From Polyangiales bacterium (GTDB taxonomy: Bacteria > Myxococcota_A > Polyangia > Polyangiales > Ga0077539): DNA of 64,000 nucleotides. A model generated the notes under the pieces. It was not told where the DNA came from, did not search any database, and worked only from the letters and a program-made list of their open reading frames with translations. Location of the stretch: assembly GCA_044229975.1 (NCBI GenBank), contig JBGARZ010000019.1:53205-117204 (forward strand), in the 5' to 3' direction. Shown piece by piece: positions 20,382-27,992 of the stretch. The translations under genes were made by a program, and so were the position numbers. The stretch's first letter is position 1. Every line of letters begins with the position of its first letter.

Positions 20382-22031
20382 TTAGAGGTGGAAGCCGACG
20401 AGCACCGAGGTGTCGATGTTGAAGAGGAAGGTCGGAAACATGAACTGCAACGCGACCTCCGCGCCGACGTGGAAGCCGTTGCGCAGGGCGTACTCGACGC
20501 GCGCTCCGGCGTGGGCGTTGCCGTAGCCCGAGAGCACGTGCGCGCCGTCGCCCATCACGTTGGCCGGGATGGCGGGCTTGGGCTCGATCTGGCCGACGCC
20601 GCCGCCCGCGAAGGCGCTGGCGACGAAGCCCTGCGCCGCGAAGCCGTGCGGCGTGAAGGCGTAGTAGAGGCGGGCCATCATCAGCAGGTTGGCGAAGGGG
20701 TTGCTGCGCGCGGTGCCGCCCATGGCGCGCTCCTGGGCGGTGGGCTCGACCGTCCAGTCGGCGCTGTCGGCGAACTGCCAGCGCATGACGATGGCGGCGC
20801 CGATGCGCGGCGTGAAGTTGTAGCGGGCGTTGATGCCGAGGAAGAGCGTCGGCGCGAAGCCCGGGTCGATGGTGGCGTAGCAGACGTAGCCGCTGCACGA
20901 GCGGATCTGGGTGCCGCTCGACGACTGGAAGTAGCGCTGCTCGGCGTAGGAGGGGCGGCCCGTGAGGAAGGCCGCGCCGACGCCGAAGCTCGCGTCGAGG
21001 GAGAAGCGCGACGTGCGCGGGGCGTTGGGGTCCGTGGGCTCCGACGGACCCGTCTCGCTGCTGGACTCACCTACGGCGCAGGCGCCGGCGTCGCAGTGCA
21101 GGCCGTCGCCGCACCCGCTGTTGGAGCTGCACGGGTCACCGAGGCCGCCGCGCGGCGTGGGTCGCCGGCACTGCGGACCGGTGATGCCGGGCGGGCACTC
21201 CTCGGCGTCGCTCGCGCAGGTCTCGGACGGCGCGCGGCCGGGGAGCGACGGAGCGGGGTGCGAGCGGCGGCTCACGATGGAGACCTGCACGGGCGACGAC
21301 TCGCTGCCCACCGTGGCGACGACCTGCGTGTTCGCGTCGACGGCGGTGACGTAGTACTCCATCGACGGGGCGATCATCGCGGCGCACGGGATCTCGGTGC
21401 CGTAGCCGTTGGCGGCGCGGGTCATCTCGCGGCGCTCGAAGGAGCGCATGCCGTTGCCCTTGTAATAGACGTAGACGTGCTCGACGGAGAACGTCCCGCT
21501 GGGCTCGACGTAGACGGGCAGCGGGGTGTTGCCGAGCTGCTCGGGCGCGGGCGTGTGGAGGAGCTCACCGCCGCCGGAGCTGGGGTTGTTCACCGGCCGC
21601 GGGTTGGTGGGCGGGGTGGTGATGGGGTTGGGGCGAGCGCCACTGGCGACCTGGCCCTGGGCCGAGCGAAACGCCTGGCTGATCTCCGGGGTGACGAGCA
21701 TCGCGTCGGGCTCGGCGTTGGGGTCGAGCCGCAGCGCGCTGACCATCGACTCGACGCCGGCGGTGTTGTTCTGCTGGCCGCCGACCTGCACGATGCCCAT
21801 GGCCATGTGGACCTTGGCCGTGACGGCGGGCGAGCAGCCGCTGTTGGCGCAGGTGCGCAGCGCGGCCTGCAGGCGCTCCAGCGACCGGTCGATCTCGAGG
21901 TTCTGGTAGTCCTCCAGCGCGGTGCTGATGAGCGAGCGCGCGGGCCGGTCGCGGGGACCCTGCTGCGCGAGCACTTCAGTCGGGAGAATCACCAGGGCGG
22001 TCAGGAAGACTGCGGTCCGTTGCCAGCTCAT
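20382..22031 (-). CDS. Secreted protein: N-terminal helical region, Cys-rich linker, Gly/Ala-rich beta-type C-terminal module
   Basis: ATG 22031 with signal peptide MSWQRTAVFLTALVILPTEVLAQQ. Cys cluster DPCSSNSGCGDGLHCDAGAC. C-terminal ~200 aa show an alternating hydrophobic pattern ending VLVGFHL. Confidence 0.6.
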   Translation of the reverse strand: MSWQRTAVFLTALVILPTEVLAQQGPRDRPARSLISTALEDYQNLEIDRSLERLQAALRTCANSGCSPAVTAKVHMAMGIVQVGGQQNNTAGVESMVSALRLDPNAEPDAMLVTPEISQAFRSAQGQVASGARPNPITTPPTNPRPVNNPSSGGGELLHTPAPEQLGNTPLPVYVEPSGTFSVEHVYVYYKGNGMRSFERREMTRAANGYGTEIPCAAMIAPSMEYYVTAVDANTQVVATVGSESSPVQVSIVSRRSHPAPSLPGRAPSETCASDAEECPPGITGPQCRRPTPRGGLGDPCSSNSGCGDGLHCDAGACAVGESSSETGPSEPTDPNAPRTSRFSLDASFGVGAAFLTGRPSYAEQRYFQSSSGTQIRSCSGYVCYATIDPGFAPTLFLGINARYNFTPRIGAAIVMRWQFADSADWTVEPTAQERAMGGTARSNPFANLLMMARLYYAFTPHGFAAQGFVASAFAGGGVGQIEPKPAIPANVMGDGAHVLSGYGNAHAGARVEYALRNGFHVGAEVALQFMFPTFLFNIDTSVLVGFHL

Positions 22032-22164
22032 CACTTTGCTCGTTGGTTATTCCAGGGGATCCGCCGAGAAACAGGCGGATACACGACCCCGTAGGCGATC
22101 GGGCGGCGGCATCCTACACGGTTTCCTCGCGGCGCCAACGACCCCGCGCACCCACGCGGTGGTG

Positions 22165-23271
22165 TTAGCGGATGAAGCGCCCGTCGGCGTCGATCTCGTT
22201 GAGCTCCACGCGCCGGTTGGCCGCGCGGCCTTCGGGCGTGGTGTTGCTCTCCAGCGGCGTCCGCGGGCCATAGCCACGCGAGGTGAGCCGCGCGGCGTCG
22301 ATGCCGTGGGAGAGCAGGTACGTCCGCACCGTGGCGGCGCGGGCGGCCGAGAGTCGCTCGTTGAGCGCGCGCGAACCTTCGCTCGACGTGTGACCGCCGA
22401 CCTCGTAGCGGAGCGCGCGGTTTTGCGTCTGCCCGAGGTACTGCACCACCTCGTCGAGGGTGACCGCCGCGGTGGGTCGCAGCGTCGCGCGGTTGACGTC
22501 GAACTCCACCCGGAAGCGCACCCCATGCTGGGTGATCTGGAGGTGCTCGAACACCCGCGGGCACCCGTTGTTCTCAGGCGGACCAGGCTCGTTGGGGCAC
22601 TGGTCGGTGAGGTCGGCGACGGTGTCCTGATCGTTGTCGTTGTCGGGGCAGCCGTCGGCGTCGTTGTACCCGTCGGGGTCTTCCGGCTCGTTGCGGCAGT
22701 TGTCCACCGTGTCGACCACGCCGTCGGCGTCGTTGTCGTTCTCGGGGCAGCCGTCCTCGTCGAGGTACTGATCCCGGTCTTCGGGCTCGATGGGGCAGAG
22801 GTCGCGCGAGTCGACGAGACCGTCGCCGTCGGTGTCCGGATCGTCGGGGCAACCGTCTTCGTCCTGGAAGGAGTTCCAGGTCTCGGGGTTGTCGGGGCAG
22901 CGGTCGTCGGGGTCGAGGTAGCCGTCGCCGTCGCGATCACCGGGCGCCGCGCGCGGCAGGCAGCGGTCGGGCGGCGACATCCGCAGCGCCGCGCGGGCGT
23001 TGAGGTCGGCCTCGTTGAAGTGCTCCTCGGCGCGGCGGAAGTGCGCCTCGTCGAGCTCCCGTTCCGCGAACTCGGCGTGGCTCCGTCCCACCGCGAGCTC
23101 GCGCGGGGCGCACTCGTGGGCGCCGTTGCGCTCGGCCTGCGTGAGCAGCGTGCGGGTCGCGTCGATGCGGCCGCGGAGGCCCGCGGTAGCGGCGCAGCCC
23201 AATAGACTGCTGCAACCCATCACCCCAGCGAGCAGCAGCGCGAGCGGGCGGTGGTCAGTGCGCCGGCGCAT
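22165..23271 (-). CDS. OmpA-family protein with thrombospondin type-3-like Ca-binding repeats
   Basis: Lipobox LLAGVMGC. Repeated DxDxDGxxDxxDxCP units (DRDGDGYLDPDDRCPDNPE, DTDGDGLVDSRDLCP, DNDADGVVDTVDNC...). OmpA_C motif GHTSSEGSRALNERLSAARAATV...ANRRVEL. Confidence 0.85.
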   Translation of the reverse strand: MRRRTDHRPLALLLAGVMGCSSLLGCAATAGLRGRIDATRTLLTQAERNGAHECAPRELAVGRSHAEFAERELDEAHFRRAEEHFNEADLNARAALRMSPPDRCLPRAAPGDRDGDGYLDPDDRCPDNPETWNSFQDEDGCPDDPDTDGDGLVDSRDLCPIEPEDRDQYLDEDGCPENDNDADGVVDTVDNCRNEPEDPDGYNDADGCPDNDNDQDTVADLTDQCPNEPGPPENNGCPRVFEHLQITQHGVRFRVEFDVNRATLRPTAAVTLDEVVQYLGQTQNRALRYEVGGHTSSEGSRALNERLSAARAATVRTYLLSHGIDAARLTSRGYGPRTPLESNTTPEGRAANRRVELNEIDADGRFIR

Positions 23272-23587
23272 GACCCTGGCCCCGTGCGATGTCGCGAGCC
23301 CGGTTGCCGTACTCCTCGGCGACCCCGGCCATATCCATGGCGTCTTGATACTCGGCCGAGCTCGCGAACTCCTGGGCCTTGCGCAGGTGCTCGACGGCGA
23401 AGTGGTACTCGTAGGTCGCGCGGGCCGGGGCGCCCGACTGACGGGCCTCCTCGACGGCGTGCTGCGCCCCGGAGAGGTTCACCATGTAGAGCACCGGGCC
23501 ACACCCCGAGGCGCCCAGGAGGAGCGAGAGACACCCGACGACGATCGCGAACCGACGCACCGCGCGGACGCTACACGAGCGAAACAA
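23255..23587 (-). CDS. Small lipoprotein, DUF4398-like
   Basis: Lipobox LLLGASGC followed by a helical segment AQHAVEEARQSGAPARATYEYHFAVEHLRKAQEFASS. The ORF-track start 23587 is TTG; the in-frame GTG 23560 is equally possible. It overlaps the OmpA gene start by 17 nt. Confidence 0.6.
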   Translation of the reverse strand: MFRSCSVRAVRRFAIVVGCLSLLLGASGCGPVLYMVNLSGAQHAVEEARQSGAPARATYEYHFAVEHLRKAQEFASSAEYQDAMDMAGVAEEYGNRARDIARGQGHAPAH

Positions 23588-23633
23588 ACAGGGTCAACGA
23601 CACACGCAGGGGCGTCGACCGAACGACCGCCAC

Positions 23634-23753
23634 GGTCTCGTTCGAAGGGTCGAGGCTTCCGACGAGACCAACGGAGTCTCGTCAGGAGGGGGCGCAACCT
23701 CCGACCGCGACCATCGTGGTCTCGTCGGAAGCCTCGACCCTTCGAACGAGACC
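23634..23753. repeat. Perfect 36-bp inverted repeat pair separated by 48 bp
   Basis: ggtctcgttcgaagggtcgaggcttccgacgagacc (23634-23669) is the exact reverse complement of 23718-23753. Each arm is itself an imperfect palindrome (ggtctcgt...acgagacc). Confidence 0.9.
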
Positions 23754-23801
23754 ATCGGAGTGACCGCAGGCCGTCTCCAGCGCCCCCAACGAGACGCCGT
23801 T

Positions 23802-23838
23802 GGTCTCGTCGGAAGGGTCGGACCCTGCCAACAAGACC
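23802..23838. repeat. Degenerate third copy of the 36-bp unit
   Basis: ggtctcgtcggaagggtcggaccctgccaacaagacc shares the ggtctcgtcggaag start and the ...agacc end with the 23718 arm. Confidence 0.6.
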
Positions 23839-23874
23839 CCATCGGCGCCTGGGCTCTGGTATGCCGCGCCTGCG

Positions 23875-24522
23875 ATGGACCGCGGAACCTGGATCGCCTG
23901 TGTTGGTCCCATTGGTGTCGGCAAGAGCACGCTCGCGGCGGTGGTCGCGCGCCGCACGGGCGCCCTCTTCGTCCCCGAGCGCTTCGGCGACAACGCCTTC
24001 CTCGAACGCTTCTACGGACCCGACGGCATCAAGCGCTGGGGCTTCCAGACGGAGGTGTCGTTCCTCACGCAGCGCTTCGATCAGGTGCGCGAGATCGACG
24101 CCCTGCTCGCCGCGGGCCGCTCGGTGGTCACCGACTTCACCCCGCAGCAGAACCTCATCTTCGCCCGCATCACCGTCGACCCGCTGGAGTTCTCCCTCTA
24201 CGAGCAGCTCTACGACCGGCTCTTCGGCGCGCTCCCGCGGCCCGACCGGCTCATCTGCCTCGACGCCGACCTGCGCACCATCCTGCGCCGCATCCGCAGC
24301 CGCGCGCGCTCCATGGAGGCGGGCATTCCGTCGGCGTACATCCGCAAGCTGCGCGACGGTTACCTCACCTGGCACGAGCACCCGCCCGCCCCGACCCTCT
24401 GGATCGACACCTCCAAGATGCCCATCCCGAGCGACCTCGTGGCCCGCGCCGCCGCCCTCGACGCCGTGATGCTCTCGTTCGAACCCGACACCCGCCGCGC
24501 CCTCTTCGGCCGCGAAGGGTAG
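23875..24522 (+). CDS. Deoxynucleoside kinase family protein
   Basis: ATG 23875 (MDRGTWIACVGPIGVGKSTLA). P-loop GPIGVGKST, PERFGDNAFLERFY and RIRSRARSMEAGI motifs of the dNK family. The ORF-track start 23800 lies inside the hairpin repeat and is rejected. Confidence 0.8.
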   Translation: MDRGTWIACVGPIGVGKSTLAAVVARRTGALFVPERFGDNAFLERFYGPDGIKRWGFQTEVSFLTQRFDQVREIDALLAAGRSVVTDFTPQQNLIFARITVDPLEFSLYEQLYDRLFGALPRPDRLICLDADLRTILRRIRSRARSMEAGIPSAYIRKLRDGYLTWHEHPPAPTLWIDTSKMPIPSDLVARAAALDAVMLSFEPDTRRALFGREG

Positions 24523-24527
24523 TCGTC

Positions 24528-26333
24528 TCACTCCGCCGGGAAGATCACCTCGGTCTCGCGCCCGCCCGCGACGCGCACCACCCGCTGCATCACGCGCCCA
24601 TCCGGCCGCAGGCACCGCACCCGGTGCTCGCCCGCGCTCACCGCACGGTTGAACACCGGCGACTGCCCCATCCGTCGCCCGTCGACGCTCACCTCGCACC
24701 GCGGCGGATCGGCCCCCACCGTCAGCCGCCCCACCGTGCGCCGCACCACCGGCGCCATCGCGGGCTCCTCGGCCATCACCCCATCGTCCGCGTCGACCAC
24801 CACCCCCGCGTCGGGCGTCTCGATGGTCTGCTGCACCAGCATCGTCGACGCATCGACGACCTCCGCCACCGCGGGCTCCGGCGACATCGTCGGGAGCACC
24901 ACCCGCTGCTCGTGGTCGGGCGTCAGCGTAAACGTCACCGCGCGATATCCGGGCGCCTCGACGCGCACCACCGTCGTCGCGGCGCTGCGTGTCGTCACGA
25001 CCTCCGCCCCATCGAAGGGCCGGTCGCCCACGAACACCCGCCCACCCGTCGGAACGCCCACGAAATGCAGCGCCACCGTCGACGACAACGGCGCCGTGTC
25101 GGGCGTCCGCGCGGGCAACGACACCGCCACCGCGGCCACCACGGACAGCACCGCCACCGCGGCCAGGCCCCACACCCAGCGCGAATGCGGCCGCGTCGGA
25201 ACCGGCGCCACCAACGTCACCGCCCCACCCGGCGTTGGTCCGGTGAGCTCACCCGCGCCGATGACACCGGGCGGCGGCCCGATGGCGGGCGCCTGGACGA
25301 GCGGCGGCGGAGGCAGCGTCGGCTCGCGGACCGGGAGCTCGGTCGCGATGGGGTACGCTCCGCTCGCCGCGAGGCTGGGCAGCACGCGCACCACGGTGGC
25401 CTCGCTCTCCATCAACGGCGCGTGGCGACCGCGCAAGACCGCGCGCAGTCCTTCGACGGCCTCGTTGGCTTCGGTGAAGCGCAGCTCGGGGTCGCGCTCG
25501 ACGCAGCGGGCAAACCACGCGTCGAAGCCCGTCGGCAGGAGACCTGGTGCCAGCCCCTGCTCCAGGGCGCGCAGCCCCGGCGGCTCGATGGGATGAACCA
25601 CCACCTCCATCAGCAGGGCGTTGAGGTTGACCCCGTCGCTCTCGACGGCGCGCCAGTAGTGACGGCCCGTGAGCAGGAGGTACGCGAGCAGACCGAGCGG
25701 CCAGACGTCGGTGCTGCGTCGGAGCTTCGCCCCCGAGCGCGCCTGCTCGGGCGCCATGAAGAGGGGTGATCCGAGCTGCCGCGTGACGGTCACCGAGGTG
25801 GCGTTGTTGGCGATGACCTTGGAGATGCCGAAGTCGAGCACCTTCACGACGAAGGGCATGCCGCGCAGCCGCGAGCGGGCGACGAAGATGTTGCGGGGCT
25901 TCAGGTCGCGGTGGATCACCCCCGCTCGGTGGGCGGCGGCCAGCGCGTCGCAGAGCTGCTCGAAGATCTCCAGCACCTCGTGGGGAGCGAGCGCCCCGCG
26001 GCGCACGATGAGGTCATGGAGGTCTTCGCCTTCGAGGAGCTCCATCGCGAGGTAGGGGATCTCGGTCTCCTCGTCGACGCCCGCGGCGATGACCTCGACC
26101 ACGTGGCCGCTGCCGATCTGTCCCCCGATGCGCGCCTCCAGCGTGAACTGCTCGCGGCTCGCCGGGTCGCTGACGAGGTCGGGGTTGAGCACCTTGAGGG
26201 CGCGCATCTTTCCCGACGAGAGCTGCTCGGCGACGAAGACCCCGCCCATGCCGCCCTCGGCGAGGGCGCGCACGATCCGGAAGTCCCGGGCGAACACCAC
26301 CCCCGGGCCAAGGCTCGCCAGCGCCGACGACAT
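24528..26333 (-). CDS. Hanks-type Ser/Thr protein kinase with TM segment and PEGA-like C-terminal domains
   Basis: GGMGGVFVAE, ALKVL, HRDLKPRNIFV, VLDFGISK and FMAPEQ. Hydrophobic segment WVWGLAAVAVLSVVAAVAV. C-terminal CEVSVDGRRMGQSPV is PEGA-type. Confidence 0.9.
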   Translation of the reverse strand: MSSALASLGPGVVFARDFRIVRALAEGGMGGVFVAEQLSSGKMRALKVLNPDLVSDPASREQFTLEARIGGQIGSGHVVEVIAAGVDEETEIPYLAMELLEGEDLHDLIVRRGALAPHEVLEIFEQLCDALAAAHRAGVIHRDLKPRNIFVARSRLRGMPFVVKVLDFGISKVIANNATSVTVTRQLGSPLFMAPEQARSGAKLRRSTDVWPLGLLAYLLLTGRHYWRAVESDGVNLNALLMEVVVHPIEPPGLRALEQGLAPGLLPTGFDAWFARCVERDPELRFTEANEAVEGLRAVLRGRHAPLMESEATVVRVLPSLAASGAYPIATELPVREPTLPPPPLVQAPAIGPPPGVIGAGELTGPTPGGAVTLVAPVPTRPHSRWVWGLAAVAVLSVVAAVAVSLPARTPDTAPLSSTVALHFVGVPTGGRVFVGDRPFDGAEVVTTRSAATTVVRVEAPGYRAVTFTLTPDHEQRVVLPTMSPEPAVAEVVDASTMLVQQTIETPDAGVVVDADDGVMAEEPAMAPVVRRTVGRLTVGADPPRCEVSVDGRRMGQSPVFNRAVSAGEHRVRCLRPDGRVMQRVVRVAGGRETEVIFPAE

Positions 26334-26404
26334 CGCGGCGGCACTCTAGCGCATTCCCTCTCCCTTCCGCGCATCGTCGACGCCCCATAGACTGCCGGGC
26401 ACCT

Positions 26405-27301
26405 ATGCGGGTCTCATCGCTCTGGATCCACCCCGTGAAGTCGTGCCGGGCCATCGCGGTCGACCGCGCGGAGCTCGACGAGACCGGCTTCCGGCACGAC
26501 CGGCGATGGATGATCGTCGACCCCGCCGGGCGCTTCATCACGCAGCGCGAGCGCCCCGACCTCGCGACGGTCTCGGTCACCGTGTGGGGCGACCACGTCG
26601 CGCTCACCTGCGACGGGCACGCGGCCCTCACGCTGCCCTTCGACCCCGGCGCCCACGCTCCGGTTCGTACCGTCACGGTGTGGGACGACACGGTCGAGGC
26701 CCGCGGAGCGTCACCCGACGCGGCGCGCTGGCTGCTCACCACCCTCGGCATCGACGGGGACGTCGTCTGGCTGCCGCCGCCGAGCGCCCGCCCGGTGGAC
26801 CCACGCTTCGCGCGCAGCGTCGACCGGGTGGGCTTCGCCGACGGGTTTCCGTTGTTGCTCGCGAGCGAAGGGTCGCTGGAGGCCGTCAACGCGCGGCTCG
26901 CGGAGCACGTGCCCATGGAGAGGTTTCGACCCAACGTGGTGGTCGCGGACGCGCCGGCCTTCGAGGAGGATGGCTGGTCGGTGTTTCGGATGGGGATCGT
27001 TCGGTGTCGGGCGGTGAAGCCGTGTGCGCGCTGCGTGATCGTCAACACCGACCCCTGGACGGGCGCGCGGGGCATCGAGCCGCTCAAGACCCTGGCGCGC
27101 TTTCGCACCGGAACCGCCGACAAGGCCCGGGTGTACTTCGGGCAGAACGTCGTTCATTCGAGGGACGCCATCGGGCAGACGGTGGCGGTGGGCGATGAGG
27201 TGGTGGTCGAGTCATGGCGCGAGGCCGACGACGCGCTGGTGCTCGACCCGGAGCGCGCCACCCCCGCGAGCGTCTTCCCAAAGCCCGACGGCCCGGAGTA
27301 G
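26405..27301 (+). CDS. MOSC domain-containing protein (YcbX-like)
   Basis: N-terminal MRVSSLWIHPVKSCRAI (MOSC_N beta-barrel) and GFRHDRRWMIVD. C-terminal conserved Cys context VKPCARCVIVNTDP. Confidence 0.85.
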   Translation: MRVSSLWIHPVKSCRAIAVDRAELDETGFRHDRRWMIVDPAGRFITQRERPDLATVSVTVWGDHVALTCDGHAALTLPFDPGAHAPVRTVTVWDDTVEARGASPDAARWLLTTLGIDGDVVWLPPPSARPVDPRFARSVDRVGFADGFPLLLASEGSLEAVNARLAEHVPMERFRPNVVVADAPAFEEDGWSVFRMGIVRCRAVKPCARCVIVNTDPWTGARGIEPLKTLARFRTGTADKARVYFGQNVVHSRDAIGQTVAVGDEVVVESWREADDALVLDPERATPASVFPKPDGPE

Positions 27302-27500
27302 TCTGCGAGAAGAACGTGGCCGCGGCAGGCGTACTAGCGACGCACGCTCAACCCCACACCGGCGTCTGTTCTGGTCACGCGGAGCCGACGCCGGCGCTTC
27401 ACCACACGGAGGGGGGGACCCCGAGCCGACCAGCGGTTCAGTGTCCGTCATCCGGTTCAACCACCTTGCGCAGTACCAGCGCCCAAGGAGCCCCACGCCC

Positions 27501-27956
27501 ATGTCGGACAACACCAAGAAGCCGCCGGTCGTCACCACCCTCACCGAGGACGACATCGTCGAGGAGAACCCGCGTCGGCGGTCGGTCCTCGCGCTGCTGA
27601 GCGCCACCGTCGTCGGAGGCGCCGCCAAGGCGCTCGGCGGGTGCATCGTCGCCAACCCGCAGCCCGTCCAGACGGGCCCGGTCTACGCGCAGCCCCAGGG
27701 GGTCGTCGTGCAGCAGGGAGCCGTCCAGACGGGCGTCACCGACGGTGACTCGGGCGCCTACGCCGACCCGGTCAACGGTGGTCGCGGCCAGCCGCGCGGC
27801 ATGCAGACGGGCGTCACCGACGGCGACTCGGGCACCTACTCCGATCCCGTCAACGGCGGCCGTGGTCGCCGCGGCTACCAGACCGGCATCACCGACGCCG
27901 ACTCCGGGTCCTACGCCGACGGCGTCGGGCGCGGCCGCGGCGGCCGTCGCTACTGA
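27501..27956 (+). CDS. Tat-signal lipoprotein with three 25-aa QTG(V/I)TDxDSGxYxD repeats
   Basis: ATG 27501 about 10 nt after AAGGAG (27485-27490). Twin-arginine region NPRRRSVLALL, lipobox ALGGC, repeats at nt 27726-27953, basic tail GRGRGGRRY. Confidence 0.6.
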   Translation: MSDNTKKPPVVTTLTEDDIVEENPRRRSVLALLSATVVGGAAKALGGCIVANPQPVQTGPVYAQPQGVVVQQGAVQTGVTDGDSGAYADPVNGGRGQPRGMQTGVTDGDSGTYSDPVNGGRGRRGYQTGITDADSGSYADGVGRGRGGRRY

Positions 27957-27992
27957 GCGCAGCGCTCCCCCGCCTCTTCTCTCCCCACCGCC

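Noticed and set aside
22059-22080. A 7-bp stem (atccgcc / ggcggat) downstream of the OmpA-family gene, considered as a terminator.
   Set aside because: The stem is short and there is no U-tract. Comparable chance hairpins are frequent in DNA this GC-rich.
23800-23874. An upstream start for the deoxynucleoside kinase gene (MVSSEGSDPANKTP...).
   Set aside because: This segment is the degenerate copy of the 36-bp inverted repeat. The same peptide-like strings (VSFEGSRLPTRP) appear in several frames and strands as a palindrome artefact. ATG 23875 places the P-loop at the usual distance from the N-terminus.
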